Source: Planctomycetota bacterium (GTDB lineage Bacteria; Planctomycetota; B15-G4). Taken from it: a DNA stretch of 64,000 nt. Shown here one piece after another: positions 23,691 to 33,764 of the stretch. A program made the translations under genes and the position numbers. The stretch is taken from NCBI GenBank assembly GCA_965248575.1, contig CBDFJQ010000002.1, positions 960,001 through 1,024,000 of the forward strand, written 5' to 3'. Each line of letters starts with the position of its first letter. The stretch's first letter is position 1. The notes under the pieces were generated by a model that saw nothing but the letters and a program-made list of their open reading frames with translations, made no database searches and was not told where the DNA came from.

Positions 23691-24968
23691 ATGAAGACCC
23701 GCGCCATGATTCGGCTGGATGCGGTGCTGGGGCTCCCGCTGTGTGCGCTGGCTTTTCTGCTCAGCCTGCCGCGGCGCCTCCTGAACCTCCGGACTCCCAG
23801 GGATGAGGCGCAGGTCCAACGCATCCTCGTGGTGAAGTTCCTGGGCATGGGCAGCATCCTGCTGGCGACGCCGCTGCTGCGGCGCCTCGCCCAGGCCTAC
23901 CCTGGCGCGCGCATCACCTTCCTCACCCTCGAGTCCAACGCCGAGCTCGTGCGGCGACTGGAGTGGGTGGATGACATCGTCGTTGTTCCGAGTTCGGGCC
24001 TCCGGGCCTTGCTGTGGCGCGTCCCCAGCTTGCTCTCCAGCTTGCGCAGGGAGCGCTTCGACCTCGCCCTCGATCTCGAGTTCTACTCCCGCCTCAGCAA
24101 CCTCGTCAGCTGGGGCAGTGGGGCTCGGCGTCGCATCGGTTTCTTCGTGCGCGCTCGTTGGCGCGGTTCGCTGCTCACGGACAGCGTCTACTTCAATGCA
24201 CGCCTGCCCTATGCCGAGGCTGTCTGGGCGCTCCTGCGGCCGTTGGGCCTGAACGACAGCCAGCGTCCCGCATCAACGCCGCCTCAGATCCAACCCGATG
24301 AAGAGCAGGCAGCCGCCGCGCGGCTCGTGACCTACGGCGTTCCGGAGGAAGGGACCCTGGTTGTCGTGAACGTCAATGCCTCCGACCTGTGCGTGGAACG
24401 ACGCTGGCCGGGAGAGCGCTTCGCGCGCTTCGTGGAGCGCTTCGGCCGCGAGGTGTCCACAGTCGACCGCTTCGTGTTCATCGGGGCACCCTCCGAGACG
24501 GCCACCGTCAAAGCCGTCCTCGATGAGGTGGCCACGGAATCCCTGCCCCTCTGCCTGGACCTCTCCGGTCGGACGTCACTGCTGGAACTGATGGTGCTGC
24601 TGCAGCGCGCCGCCCTGCTCGTGACCAATGACAGCGGCCCCATGCACCTTGCCGCTTCCCAGGGCGTGCCCACCCTGAGCTTCTTCGGACCTGAGACGCC
24701 GGAGCTCTATGGGCCGCAGGGGGACAACCACCTGATCTTCTATGAGCGGCACTGGTGTTCGCCCTGCTTGAGCGTCTACAACGCAAAGATCGCCATGTGT
24801 CATGGGCAGAACGAGTGCATGCGCCGCATCGAGCTGGACAGTGTCATGAGCCAAGCCGCCGTCTTCTGTCGCGAACGCGTAGGCCTCGCACCCGTGCGCA
24901 GTTCGGTGCGCGCCAACACGGACACGCTGAGGACCGATGAGCCGGGCGAGTCGGGGCCGCGCTCATGA
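23691..24968 (+). CDS. Glycosyltransferase family 9 (heptosyltransferase-like)
   Basis: RILVVKFLGMGSILLATP, RRWP, DLSGRTSL, VTNDSGPMHLA, FFGPETP, terminal CSPC...C...CM. Confidence 0.9.
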   Translation: MKTRAMIRLDAVLGLPLCALAFLLSLPRRLLNLRTPRDEAQVQRILVVKFLGMGSILLATPLLRRLAQAYPGARITFLTLESNAELVRRLEWVDDIVVVPSSGLRALLWRVPSLLSSLRRERFDLALDLEFYSRLSNLVSWGSGARRRIGFFVRARWRGSLLTDSVYFNARLPYAEAVWALLRPLGLNDSQRPASTPPQIQPDEEQAAAARLVTYGVPEEGTLVVVNVNASDLCVERRWPGERFARFVERFGREVSTVDRFVFIGAPSETATVKAVLDEVATESLPLCLDLSGRTSLLELMVLLQRAALLVTNDSGPMHLAASQGVPTLSFFGPETPELYGPQGDNHLIFYERHWCSPCLSVYNAKIAMCHGQNECMRRIELDSVMSQAAVFCRERVGLAPVRSSVRANTDTLRTDEPGESGPRS

Positions 24969-26362
24969 CGAACCCAACCCCGCCCAAGGTCCTGTTGCTG
25001 ATTCCGCCATCCAAGGATGTCGTCATCCGGGACTACTACTGCAGCAAGACCAGCCAGGCGAACTACCTGCACCCACCGCTCGACCTCGCGGTGCAGGGCG
25101 GCTGGTTCCGGGAGCGTGGCTTCGAACCGGTCTTGGTGGACGCCACCGTCGAACGCATCTCTCCGCAAGAGGCGCTGAAACGCGCGGTGGCCATCCAACC
25201 CATGGCTGTCTTCGCCCTGGCGGGTGCCGTGTCCTGGGAGTCCGATGGCCCCTTCCTGGCCGCGGTCGCCGAGGCCACAGGCGCGCCCGTGTACGCGAGC
25301 GGTGACCTCTTCATGGAAGACACGCTCAAGGCGCTGAAGAAATCTCCGTGGCTGGCTGGGGTGCTGACGGACTTCACGAGCGATGAGCTGAGCCGCCACC
25401 TTGCCGGTGACAGCTTCGAGCGGGATGCCCTGGTCCTCCCCCAGGAATCAACGCGTGAATTCAGACGGACCCGGGGTGCACGCCCGATCCCGATCCCTGC
25501 CCACGACTTGTTCACGGGCAACGACTACCGCTACGCCTTCGCACGGGCCACACCTATCGCGGGTATCTACGTCGGCTATGGCTGCCCCTACACATGCAGC
25601 TTCTGCATCACCGGCGAGTTGGGCACTTCGGTCCGTCCTGTCGACAACGTCATGCTTGAGCTGCGGCGGCTCTCCGAGCTGGGCGTTCGGGAGTTGTTCG
25701 TCCAGGATCAGTGCTTCGGCCAGCCACGTGCTCCCTTCGAGGCGCTACTGGACGCCATGATCGAAGAGGACCTCGGCCTGGGCTGGTGGACCTTCACCCG
25801 GGTGGACGTCCTCGACCGCCCGTTGGCCCGCAAGATGAAGGCGGCCGGCTGCCACACGATCATCCTCGGCGTGGAGTCCGCCTCGCGCGAGATCCTCGAC
25901 GCCCACCGGAAAGGCTACGGCCCCGACCTCGTTCGGGACTGCTTCGAACTCGCAGAGTCCGAGGGGCTTCGAACTGCAGCGACGTTCATCCTCGGGCTGC
26001 CGGAAGAGACGGCGGAGACCATCCAGGCGACCATCGACTTCGCCTGCTCGCTGCCAGCGGACTACGCCTCCTTCAATGTGGCTGTCCCGCGGGCCGGGAC
26101 ACGGCTCCGAGAATCCGCAGTGGAAGAGGGCCTCGTGGATGCCGATGTTGTGGTCATGGACCAATCAGGATTCGAACCCACACTGGCGACGCGCGGCCTC
26201 ACGCCTGACGACCTGAGGTCCTGGCGACGCAAGGCTGTCCGCTCCTTCTACCTGCGGCCCAGCTACCTCTGGCGCCGTTTCTGTCACTTGCGCAGCCTGT
26301 CCGAGGCACGCACCCAGGCCCGCGAGGCGTGGGCCTTGATCCGAAACCTCGCTCTCAAGTGA
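24965..26362 (+). CDS. Cobalamin-binding-type radical SAM protein (HpnJ/BchE-like architecture)
   Basis: VLLLIPP...PPLDLA N-terminus, YGCPYTCSFC, LGVES, ILGLPEET, RSFYLRP. ATGA overlap with the GT9 gene. Confidence 0.88.
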   Translation: MTNPTPPKVLLLIPPSKDVVIRDYYCSKTSQANYLHPPLDLAVQGGWFRERGFEPVLVDATVERISPQEALKRAVAIQPMAVFALAGAVSWESDGPFLAAVAEATGAPVYASGDLFMEDTLKALKKSPWLAGVLTDFTSDELSRHLAGDSFERDALVLPQESTREFRRTRGARPIPIPAHDLFTGNDYRYAFARATPIAGIYVGYGCPYTCSFCITGELGTSVRPVDNVMLELRRLSELGVRELFVQDQCFGQPRAPFEALLDAMIEEDLGLGWWTFTRVDVLDRPLARKMKAAGCHTIILGVESASREILDAHRKGYGPDLVRDCFELAESEGLRTAATFILGLPEETAETIQATIDFACSLPADYASFNVAVPRAGTRLRESAVEEGLVDADVVVMDQSGFEPTLATRGLTPDDLRSWRRKAVRSFYLRPSYLWRRFCHLRSLSEARTQAREAWALIRNLALK

Positions 26363-26372
26363 CCGCTCGGCG

Positions 26373-29300
26373 ATGACGTCGCCCAACAGCACGGAGTCCG
26401 GTCGTCGCGCAGGGGTGGGGCTGCTGCTCGTCTTGCTGCTCGCTGCAACGGTCAGGTTCTCGGCCCAAACCCAGTTCGAGCGCGACGCGGACTCCTTCGC
26501 TCCGGTCGTGGACTCGGAGGCCTACCTGCTCCAGGCGCTGCGCGTCGCCCGCGGACACGACCTCACAGACGGCGTCTACTTCCAGGCGCCCTTGCACCCG
26601 TGGCTGTTGGGGCTGGTGTATCGCGCCACCGGTGTCGCCCAGGACCTTCCCGACCGGGACGTCGAACACGCCTTCGAGCTTCCCCAGGGGGTGGTCAGCC
26701 ACGCCCGAGCGGTGGGCGGCTGGATGAACGTGATCTTGGGCCTGATCCTGGTGGCCCTCGTCTGGCTGCTGGGCGTGCGTTTGTACTCGCCGGGCGTCGG
26801 GCTCGCAGCCGGCCTCATCGCAGCGGCCTATGGGCCGTCCCTCTTCTACGAGGGGCACCTGCTCAAGGTGAGCCTGTCCTTGCTCTTCATCCCCTGGGCC
26901 GTCCTGGCCGCCGCGCGAGCCGTGCGCCTGGACCGTCACAGGGCCTGGATCTGGTGCGGGCTGGCACTGGGCTTGGGCGGACTCGTGCGCGGTAACCTGC
27001 ATCTGCTCGCGCCCTGGGCCGCCGCTGCGCTCTTGGTGGTGGGGGTCCGCCGCAAACAGTTCGCTCCAGCGGTCGCACGCTGTGGGTTCCTGTTTCTCGG
27101 CTTGGCCCTCGCCCTGGCTCCGGTTGTTGTTCGCAACTCGGTGGTGGCAGGCCAACCGGTGCTCTCGACGGCAGCGGGAGGCACGGCCTTCTGGCTTTGC
27201 AACCATGCTGGCAACGACACCGGCTTGGTGGAGTTCACGGCGCTGAACCGGCAGGTCCCGCTGCACGAGATCGAGGACTGGACGGCCCGCACGGAGCAGG
27301 CCCTGGGACGCAGCGTCCGGCCGGCCGAGATCAGCAGCTACTGGATGGGGCGTGCGCTCCAGGACATCCGCGACAACCCCGCCCGCTGGCTGCTGGTGGA
27401 GTTGCGCAAGCTGGGGCTCTTGTTCTCCCGCTATGAAGCTCCTGACAACGTGTCGTACGACTTGGCAGCCGAGAGGAGTTCCCTGCTGGCTTGGACCCCC
27501 GCGCGCTACGGCATCCTGGTGCCCTTGGCCTTGGGAGGGCTCTGGATCGCCTGGGCATTGCGTCGTCGCGAGCAGCAGACAGACGGGCATCGGGCCGCGC
27601 GCGTGGCCCTGGTCCTGGGGCTCGTGGGCTACGCTGGCACGCTCCTGTTGTTCAACATGTCCTCGCGCTTTCGCATGCCTGTCGCCGTGCCGCTGATGGT
27701 GTATGCGGGCTACCTGCTCGCAAGGCTCCGTGCCCTGGCCTCCCCCGAGACGAAGCAAGGCCTGCGCGCCCTCACGGCGGGAATGCTGCTCCTGGGTTTC
27801 GTCCTGACCCAAACCTCTGAGGGGACCCTCGGTCCGCTCACGGAAGTCGAGCGCGCATCACATCGCGTGACACGCCTGATGAATCGGGCCCAGGCCGCCC
27901 TCAATCGGAGCGACGATCAAGCGGCGCGGCGCGACCTCGATGCGGCGCTGGTGCTGGGGAGGGACGTGGGAAAAGTCGCCCCGGATGTGCTGGTGCTCCT
28001 GGGATCCCTCGACCGCAGGGATGCTGCGTTGGCCTCGCTCCGTCGAGACCCCGAGCAGGCGGCCAAGTTGCGGTCCATGGCGGAAGAGGCCATGCGCATC
28101 GCCCTCTCCGTTCAGCCCGATCATGGCCCCGCCCACCGCATGCGCGGCCTGCTGCACTACGACCAGGGAGCATGGGCTGCAGCCATCCCCTCATTTCAGA
28201 GCGCACTTAAGAGCACGCCCCTGGACCGCGTGGCTCGTCAGTACCTCACCCTCAGCCTGCTGCACTCGGACCGAGCTCGGGAAGCCGCCCCCGAAGCCCA
28301 GTTGCTGATGCAACAGCGGCCGGAGCACGACGACGGCCATGGACTGGCGGCCTGGGCAGCACATGCCCAGGGACGTCGCTCCGAGGCCCAAGAACACCTC
28401 CAACGCTACGACGCCCTGGTCGCCGAGGCCGGAGGGCAGGCACGCCTTCCAGCCCAGACAATCTTCGCGAGGATCCGCAGCAGTCACTTGCTGTTCGAAT
28501 CGGTCGAGAGCCCGTTCGCAGCCATTCAGACAGGGCGCGAACAGGCGGACACGATCCTGGAAGTGAACGGCGGTGGGGTGGCGCTCTTCGACGGGGATGA
28601 CGACGGCGACCTGGACGTGTTGTTGGTGAGTCCTGGGCAGTACCCATCACGCGATGCGACACAAGGCGGCACCAATCGCCTCTATCGGAACGACGGCGAC
28701 TGGACCTTCACCGACGTCACCGCGGGCAGCGGGGTGGATGTCGCGGCGTGGTGCAACGGCGTGGCCGTCGGCGATGTGAACGGGGATGGAAAGCGGGACC
28801 TCTACCTCACCTGCCTCGGGCCCAACATCTTGCTGCGAAACCTGGGCAAGCTGAAGTTCGAGCCGCTGACCAATGCCGCCGGAGCAGCAGGCGGAAATGC
28901 TTGGAGCACCTCGGCCGTCTTCAGCGACATGGATCGTGACGGCGACCCGGATCTCTACGTGGTCAACTATCTCAGCTTCGACCCAGACGACCCGCCGCTG
29001 CATGGCCAGGCAGGGCTGCAGTGCACCTGGAAGGGCATGCCTGTGATCTGCGGTCCCCAGGGCCTGCCCGAGCAAGGCGATGTCTACTTCCGCAATGACG
29101 ACGGTCGTTTCGTCGAGGCCACCGAGTCCGCTGGCTTCGGCGCCAAGCCTGGGTTCGGCCTGGGCGTGCTCGACGGCGACTTCAACGGAGACGGCTGGCC
29201 GGACCTGTATGTCTCCAATGACTCCACACCCAACTTCCTGTTCCTGGGCACTGGCGACGGCAGCGTCCTTGAGGTGGGCTTGATGGCCGGAGCCGCCCTG

Positions 29301-30050
29301 TCCTCACGCGGGCGCGAGCAAGCGGGCATGGGGGTCGCCGCCGGAGACCTGGATGGCGACCTCGACGAAGACCTGCTGGTAACGAACTTCTCCATGGAGC
29401 CCAACGCGCTCTATCGCAACAACGGCACAGGTCGTTTCGAGGACACGGCGGATCCCTCAGGTATCGGCGGACCCTCGCGCCGCATGCTGGGTTGGGGGGT
29501 CGGCTTCCTGGATGTGGATCTGGATGGCGACCTCGACGTCCTCACCGCCAATGGGCACGTCTACCACCAGGCGGACGCCCCAGACACCGACACCTCCTAC
29601 GCCCAAGCAGACTTGCTGTTGCTCAACGACGGTCGCGGGCGCTTCACCCAGACAGAGTGGCCGGGCAGCGCGCAAGCCGTGAGCCGCGCGCTGGCTGTGG
29701 GGGACCTCGATGACGACGGCATCCAGGATGTGGTCATCACCCGCAGGTTCGGGCCACCCATGCTCTGGAGGGGGCTCGGCGCCGGGGGCCAAAGCGTGAG
29801 CTTCCAACTCCGTGGCCCCGCGGGGAATCCCGATGGCGTCGGACTGAAGTTGGAGTTCGAAGATGCGATGGGTGTGCGCGCCCAACAGGTGCGCGTCAGC
29901 GCGGGGTTCCAGGCCAGCTCGGACCCACGTCCCGCCTTCGCATGGCGTGGCCCGGGCACTCTGCGCCTCACTCGACGCGACGGGACGGTGCTCGAACAGG
30001 GCGTGCGTACAGCGGGCCGTCAGCTCCTGGACCTGGACCCCAATCGATGA
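26373..30050 (+). CDS. Fusion protein: ArnT/PMT-like (GT-C) membrane glycosyltransferase + TPR + FG-GAP propeller + ASPIC/UnbV-like domain
   Basis: Multiple TM helices with VDSEAY, YFQAPLHPW, LVRGN, RN...STAAG..FW..N, SRFRMP. TPR-like helices follow, then seven DxDxDG-type motifs and GNPDGVG...GFQASSD. Confidence 0.85.
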   Translation: MTSPNSTESGRRAGVGLLLVLLLAATVRFSAQTQFERDADSFAPVVDSEAYLLQALRVARGHDLTDGVYFQAPLHPWLLGLVYRATGVAQDLPDRDVEHAFELPQGVVSHARAVGGWMNVILGLILVALVWLLGVRLYSPGVGLAAGLIAAAYGPSLFYEGHLLKVSLSLLFIPWAVLAAARAVRLDRHRAWIWCGLALGLGGLVRGNLHLLAPWAAAALLVVGVRRKQFAPAVARCGFLFLGLALALAPVVVRNSVVAGQPVLSTAAGGTAFWLCNHAGNDTGLVEFTALNRQVPLHEIEDWTARTEQALGRSVRPAEISSYWMGRALQDIRDNPARWLLVELRKLGLLFSRYEAPDNVSYDLAAERSSLLAWTPARYGILVPLALGGLWIAWALRRREQQTDGHRAARVALVLGLVGYAGTLLLFNMSSRFRMPVAVPLMVYAGYLLARLRALASPETKQGLRALTAGMLLLGFVLTQTSEGTLGPLTEVERASHRVTRLMNRAQAALNRSDDQAARRDLDAALVLGRDVGKVAPDVLVLLGSLDRRDAALASLRRDPEQAAKLRSMAEEAMRIALSVQPDHGPAHRMRGLLHYDQGAWAAAIPSFQSALKSTPLDRVARQYLTLSLLHSDRAREAAPEAQLLMQQRPEHDDGHGLAAWAAHAQGRRSEAQEHLQRYDALVAEAGGQARLPAQTIFARIRSSHLLFESVESPFAAIQTGREQADTILEVNGGGVALFDGDDDGDLDVLLVSPGQYPSRDATQGGTNRLYRNDGDWTFTDVTAGSGVDVAAWCNGVAVGDVNGDGKRDLYLTCLGPNILLRNLGKLKFEPLTNAAGAAGGNAWSTSAVFSDMDRDGDPDLYVVNYLSFDPDDPPLHGQAGLQCTWKGMPVICGPQGLPEQGDVYFRNDDGRFVEATESAGFGAKPGFGLGVLDGDFNGDGWPDLYVSNDSTPNFLFLGTGDGSVLEVGLMAGAALSSRGREQAGMGVAAGDLDGDLDEDLLVTNFSMEPNALYRNNGTGRFEDTADPSGIGGPSRRMLGWGVGFLDVDLDGDLDVLTANGHVYHQADAPDTDTSYAQADLLLLNDGRGRFTQTEWPGSAQAVSRALAVGDLDDDGIQDVVITRRFGPPMLWRGLGAGGQSVSFQLRGPAGNPDGVGLKLEFEDAMGVRAQQVRVSAGFQASSDPRPAFAWRGPGTLRLTRRDGTVLEQGVRTAGRQLLDLDPNR

Positions 30051-31084
30051 CTGCCGGAGATCGACAACGAAGACTCAGCGGCAACCTGTACCCGTCCCCG
30101 GGCATGTCCCTGCCACGGGGATGGACTTCTGCATGGGCCCTCGCGGTTTGCCTGGCCTGCAGCGATGGGACCCCCGAAGCACAACCAGGGGCTCTGCCCG
30201 ATCCGGTCGCGTCACCGGCCGAGTCACCAGCTACCGAGGCTGCAGCGCCTACGGATGTCGTCTGGGGAGAAGCGGAACAGCAGCGCCTGGGCCTCGCGCA
30301 ACAGGCGATGCTCACGGGCCTCCCTGAGCATGTGCACGAAGCCCTGGGCCCCTTGCTGGATGCCGACCCGGTTGCAGCAGACGTGCAGTTCGTCGCGGGC
30401 TCAGCAGCCTACGAACTGCACGACTACGGAGAAGCGGTGACGCGCCTCACGGCCGCCATCGCCCTCGACCGTAGGCTGCTGCCGAACTCCAGCGCCCTGG
30501 GGTTTGCCCACATCAAGCGAGGAGACTTCGAGGCGGCGCGCGCTGCGTTCCAAGCGATCGTCACGGCCGAACCCACGAAGCACAAGGCGCACTATGGCCT
30601 CGGTTTCGTAGCCCTTGCCCTGGGAGAGTTGGAGCCGGCGCGTAACAGCCTCGCAGAGGCACTGCGACTCTCACCCGACTACCTCAAGGCGCACTTCGCC
30701 CAAGCTCGGCTCCTGCATCAAGAGGGGCGCAACGAGGAAGCGCTCGAGGCCCTTCAACCGGTGCTGGAACGCTGGCCTTCCCACGAGGAAGCCATCTACC
30801 TCCAGGGCCGGGTGCTGGGTGAACTGGGGCGTCATGAGGAAGCAGAGGTCGCCTTGGAACGACATCGTCTCGTGTACAGCGTGAAGGAGTCACTCGCCGG
30901 CCTGGCCAGCTCGCTCGGGACGGAGCGGGACAGCCCCCTGCTCCGCGCGCGCATGGCTGAGCTGCACCTCAGCATCGGCGATGGAGGCGAGGCACGGCGC
31001 GCCCTGGCCGCCGGCCTCGCGCTCTTTCCCTCGGACCCGACCCTGCTGCAGGCATGGGAAGCCATTCAACCAGCACAGCGATGA
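30047..31084 (+). CDS. TPR-repeat lipoprotein
   Basis: Lipobox-like WALAVCLA|C followed by several TPR units (AHYGLGFVALALGE..., AIYLQGRVLGELG...). Start 30047 or 30104. Confidence 0.8.
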   Translation: MTAGDRQRRLSGNLYPSPGMSLPRGWTSAWALAVCLACSDGTPEAQPGALPDPVASPAESPATEAAAPTDVVWGEAEQQRLGLAQQAMLTGLPEHVHEALGPLLDADPVAADVQFVAGSAAYELHDYGEAVTRLTAAIALDRRLLPNSSALGFAHIKRGDFEAARAAFQAIVTAEPTKHKAHYGLGFVALALGELEPARNSLAEALRLSPDYLKAHFAQARLLHQEGRNEEALEALQPVLERWPSHEEAIYLQGRVLGELGRHEEAEVALERHRLVYSVKESLAGLASSLGTERDSPLLRARMAELHLSIGDGGEARRALAAGLALFPSDPTLLQAWEAIQPAQR

Positions 31085-31163
31085 GTTGTAGCCGTCGCGG
31101 TTGTACCTGGGTTTGTCGTCGGTAGGATCGACGGCTTCCTTGGCTAGGTTGGCGGAGACGGAC

Positions 31164-32642
31164 GTGAAGAACTACCCGCGCTGCACACGCATCGTGGCCA
31201 CCATTGGCCCACCCAGCAGTTCTCCTGCCATGCTCGAGCGGCTTGTTCGAGCCGGCGTGGATGTCGTCCGGCTGAACTTCTCCCACGGCAGCCCGGAGTT
31301 CTTCAAGCAGCTGGTCTCGGACATCCGGCGTGTCTCCAAGAAGGTCGGCAAGCCGGTGGGCGTCCTGCAGGACCTGTGTGGACCCAAGATGCGCGTGGGC
31401 CACGTGACCGATGGCCTCATCCCGCTGCGCAGCGGCCAGCTCATCGACGTGGTCGAGGGGCATTCGAGCCGCAACCTCTGCACCCCGGAATGGCTGCAGG
31501 TCGAAGCGGCCGGAGCCATCCGCGGCCTGAAGGTCGGGCAACCCATCCGACTCGCCGACGGCCTGCTGGAGCTGCGCGTGGTCAAGCGCACCAAGGGCGG
31601 CGTGCGCGCCAAGATCATCCATGGCGGCTACCTGCGCTCGCGCCAGGGTGTCAACATCCCCGGTGCCGACCTGGGAGTCAAAGCCCTCACCCGCAAGGAC
31701 CGGATCGACCTGAAGCTGGGCTTGGAGCTCGGCGTGGATGCCGTGGCCCTGTCCTTCGTCCAGGACGCCGAAGACATCCTGAGCCTGCGGCGCCTGTTGA
31801 AGCGCCACGGCAAGCGTCCCTTCGTGATCGCGAAGATCGAGCGGGCCGAAGCGCTGAAGAACCTGCGCGAGATCCTGGAAGTCACCGGCGGAGTGATGGT
31901 GGCGCGCGGTGACCTCGGCGTGGAGATCGGGCTCGAGAAGGTGCCCCTCGCCCAAAAGCGCATCGTGCGCGAGGCCCTCGCGCGGCGACGCCCCGTGATC
32001 ACGGCCACGCAAATGCTTGAGAGCATGATCGATCGCCCTTCGGCAACCCGGGCCGAGGTCTCGGACGTGGCCAACGCAGTCCTGGAGGGAACCGACGCCC
32101 TCATGCTGTCGGGCGAAACGGCGGTGGGCAAGCACCCCATCGCGGCCGTGAAGACCCTGGTCAACGTGGCGGTCGAAGCCGAGCAGGACCCGGGCAACAT
32201 CATCGAGTGGTTCGGGAACGATTTCCTCATCGAGGACCCAGCTCAAGCCGTCACTCGCGCCGCCCGCTTGGCAGCGCGTGCGGTGGGGGCCCGGGCCATC
32301 CTGGGCTTCTCGAACTCCGGCCGCACTCTACGACTGATCTCCAGCCAGCGACCGCGCCGCCCCGTCTATGGCTTCAGTCACGATGAAGGCACCATCCGCC
32401 GCATGAAGTTCTTCTGGGGCGTCGTCCCGCTCAAGATCAAGCGCGCCAAGACCGTCGAGGCCATGATCGCCGATGCGGAGCGCCTGCTTTTGAGGGAGAA
32501 GCGCGTCCGCAAGGGAGACCAGCTCGTCATCGTCTGCGGACAGCAGGTCCACACGGGTGCCACCAACTCGCTGCACATCCACACGGTGGGTCAGGCCCCC
32601 AAGCGCGCCAAGAAGATCGCCAAGAAGACTAGGGCACGCTGA
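31164..32642 (+). CDS. pyk: Pyruvate kinase
   Basis: TRIVATIGP, RLNFSHG, DLCGPKMR, IAKIE, MVARGDLGVE, ATQMLESM, MLSGETA. GGAG precedes GTG at 31164. Confidence 0.97.
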   Translation: MKNYPRCTRIVATIGPPSSSPAMLERLVRAGVDVVRLNFSHGSPEFFKQLVSDIRRVSKKVGKPVGVLQDLCGPKMRVGHVTDGLIPLRSGQLIDVVEGHSSRNLCTPEWLQVEAAGAIRGLKVGQPIRLADGLLELRVVKRTKGGVRAKIIHGGYLRSRQGVNIPGADLGVKALTRKDRIDLKLGLELGVDAVALSFVQDAEDILSLRRLLKRHGKRPFVIAKIERAEALKNLREILEVTGGVMVARGDLGVEIGLEKVPLAQKRIVREALARRRPVITATQMLESMIDRPSATRAEVSDVANAVLEGTDALMLSGETAVGKHPIAAVKTLVNVAVEAEQDPGNIIEWFGNDFLIEDPAQAVTRAARLAARAVGARAILGFSNSGRTLRLISSQRPRRPVYGFSHDEGTIRRMKFFWGVVPLKIKRAKTVEAMIADAERLLLREKRVRKGDQLVIVCGQQVHTGATNSLHIHTVGQAPKRAKKIAKKTRAR

Positions 32643-32669
32643 GAGCAGCGAGCTTCGAGCAGCAGACCC

Positions 32670-33764
32670 TCAGGACTCAGGCGAAGAGAAGTAGCGGGCC
32701 AGCTCCAGGCCCTGGTTCTGGTATGCCGAATTGCGCCCGCCGTACAGGACGGCGCAGGGCTCGAGCGTCTCCGAGAACTGCAGCCTGAAGATGGGCTGGC
32801 CGTGCATGACACGGAAGGGCACGTCGTGCGGCCGCACCTCCAACACCGCCCGCGCGCCGTCGGGGCTGGCTTCGCCCCAGCCAAAGCCGGGGTCGAAGAA
32901 GCCCGCATAGTTGGTGCGCAACTCACCCATGCCCACATCCCAAGCCAGCATCTCGGCGGCCAGATCAGGTGGCACCCGCAAGCGCTCCGACGACGCGAGG
33001 ATATAGAAGGCTTCGGGCTCCAGGATCAGATGCCCGTGGGCGTCGGCATGCAGTGCCTCGAAGAACAGATGGGGGTCATGGACCGCGCCCTGACGGAGAT
33101 CCAAGAGCGGAGCGTCCGAGCGCGCTTTCCAGCCGATGGGATCCCCGGGAACTTCCGGGCGCAAAGACAACCCGAGCAGGAGCGAGGCTTCTTCCACGGT
33201 GCACTCCGTCGCTCCCACGATCAGGTCCTGCTCACGCACCCGCGCCTTCAACTGCTCGTCCGCAAGGCGCGGATCACCACGTACGAAACGCGTCTGGTTC
33301 AGGCGTTGCCCCGTCCTGACGGCAACGTCAAACGAACGGGGAACCACCTCCAACCACACGGGCCCTGTGTAGCCGGCGGGGATGTCGTCGAAGCGGTCAT
33401 GGTTGTCGACGACCGCCCGGGTGAACACATCGATGCGTCCGGTGGACGAGCGCGGGTTGGCCCGGGCCCGAAGGTCCTGGGGCAGCGCCAGATCCTCCAG
33501 CAGGCGCACGAGGTAGACCCGGCCGCGCTCCAGCACCGCGCCCTCCCGCAGGGAGATGCGCTGCTCCACGAGATCCGAGACCTGGCTCTCCACGTCGCCA
33601 CCCGTGGGCAGGAATCCCGAGCGGATGGCGAGGGCCTCCTCACCCAGACGCAAGTCCAGGGTGGTGGGCTGGCGCTGGATGGCGTCGAGGGGCTGGCGCG
33701 GTCGGATGGCTCCCGAGGCCAGCAGGCCGTCGATCTGGGCCAGGGTGAGGATTCCGTCAGTCAC
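32670..33764 (-). CDS. dcd: 2'-deoxycytidine 5'-triphosphate deaminase, long two-domain type
   Basis: QPTTLDLRLG, ANPRSSTGRIDVFTR, RLNQ.R, LEPEAFYILAS.E, GELRTNYAGFFDPGFG, VLEVRPHDVPF, YQNQGL. GTG at 33764. Confidence 0.88.
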   Translation of the reverse strand: MTDGILTLAQIDGLLASGAIRPRQPLDAIQRQPTTLDLRLGEEALAIRSGFLPTGGDVESQVSDLVEQRISLREGAVLERGRVYLVRLLEDLALPQDLRARANPRSSTGRIDVFTRAVVDNHDRFDDIPAGYTGPVWLEVVPRSFDVAVRTGQRLNQTRFVRGDPRLADEQLKARVREQDLIVGATECTVEEASLLLGLSLRPEVPGDPIGWKARSDAPLLDLRQGAVHDPHLFFEALHADAHGHLILEPEAFYILASSERLRVPPDLAAEMLAWDVGMGELRTNYAGFFDPGFGWGEASPDGARAVLEVRPHDVPFRVMHGQPIFRLQFSETLEPCAVLYGGRNSAYQNQGLELARYFSSPES

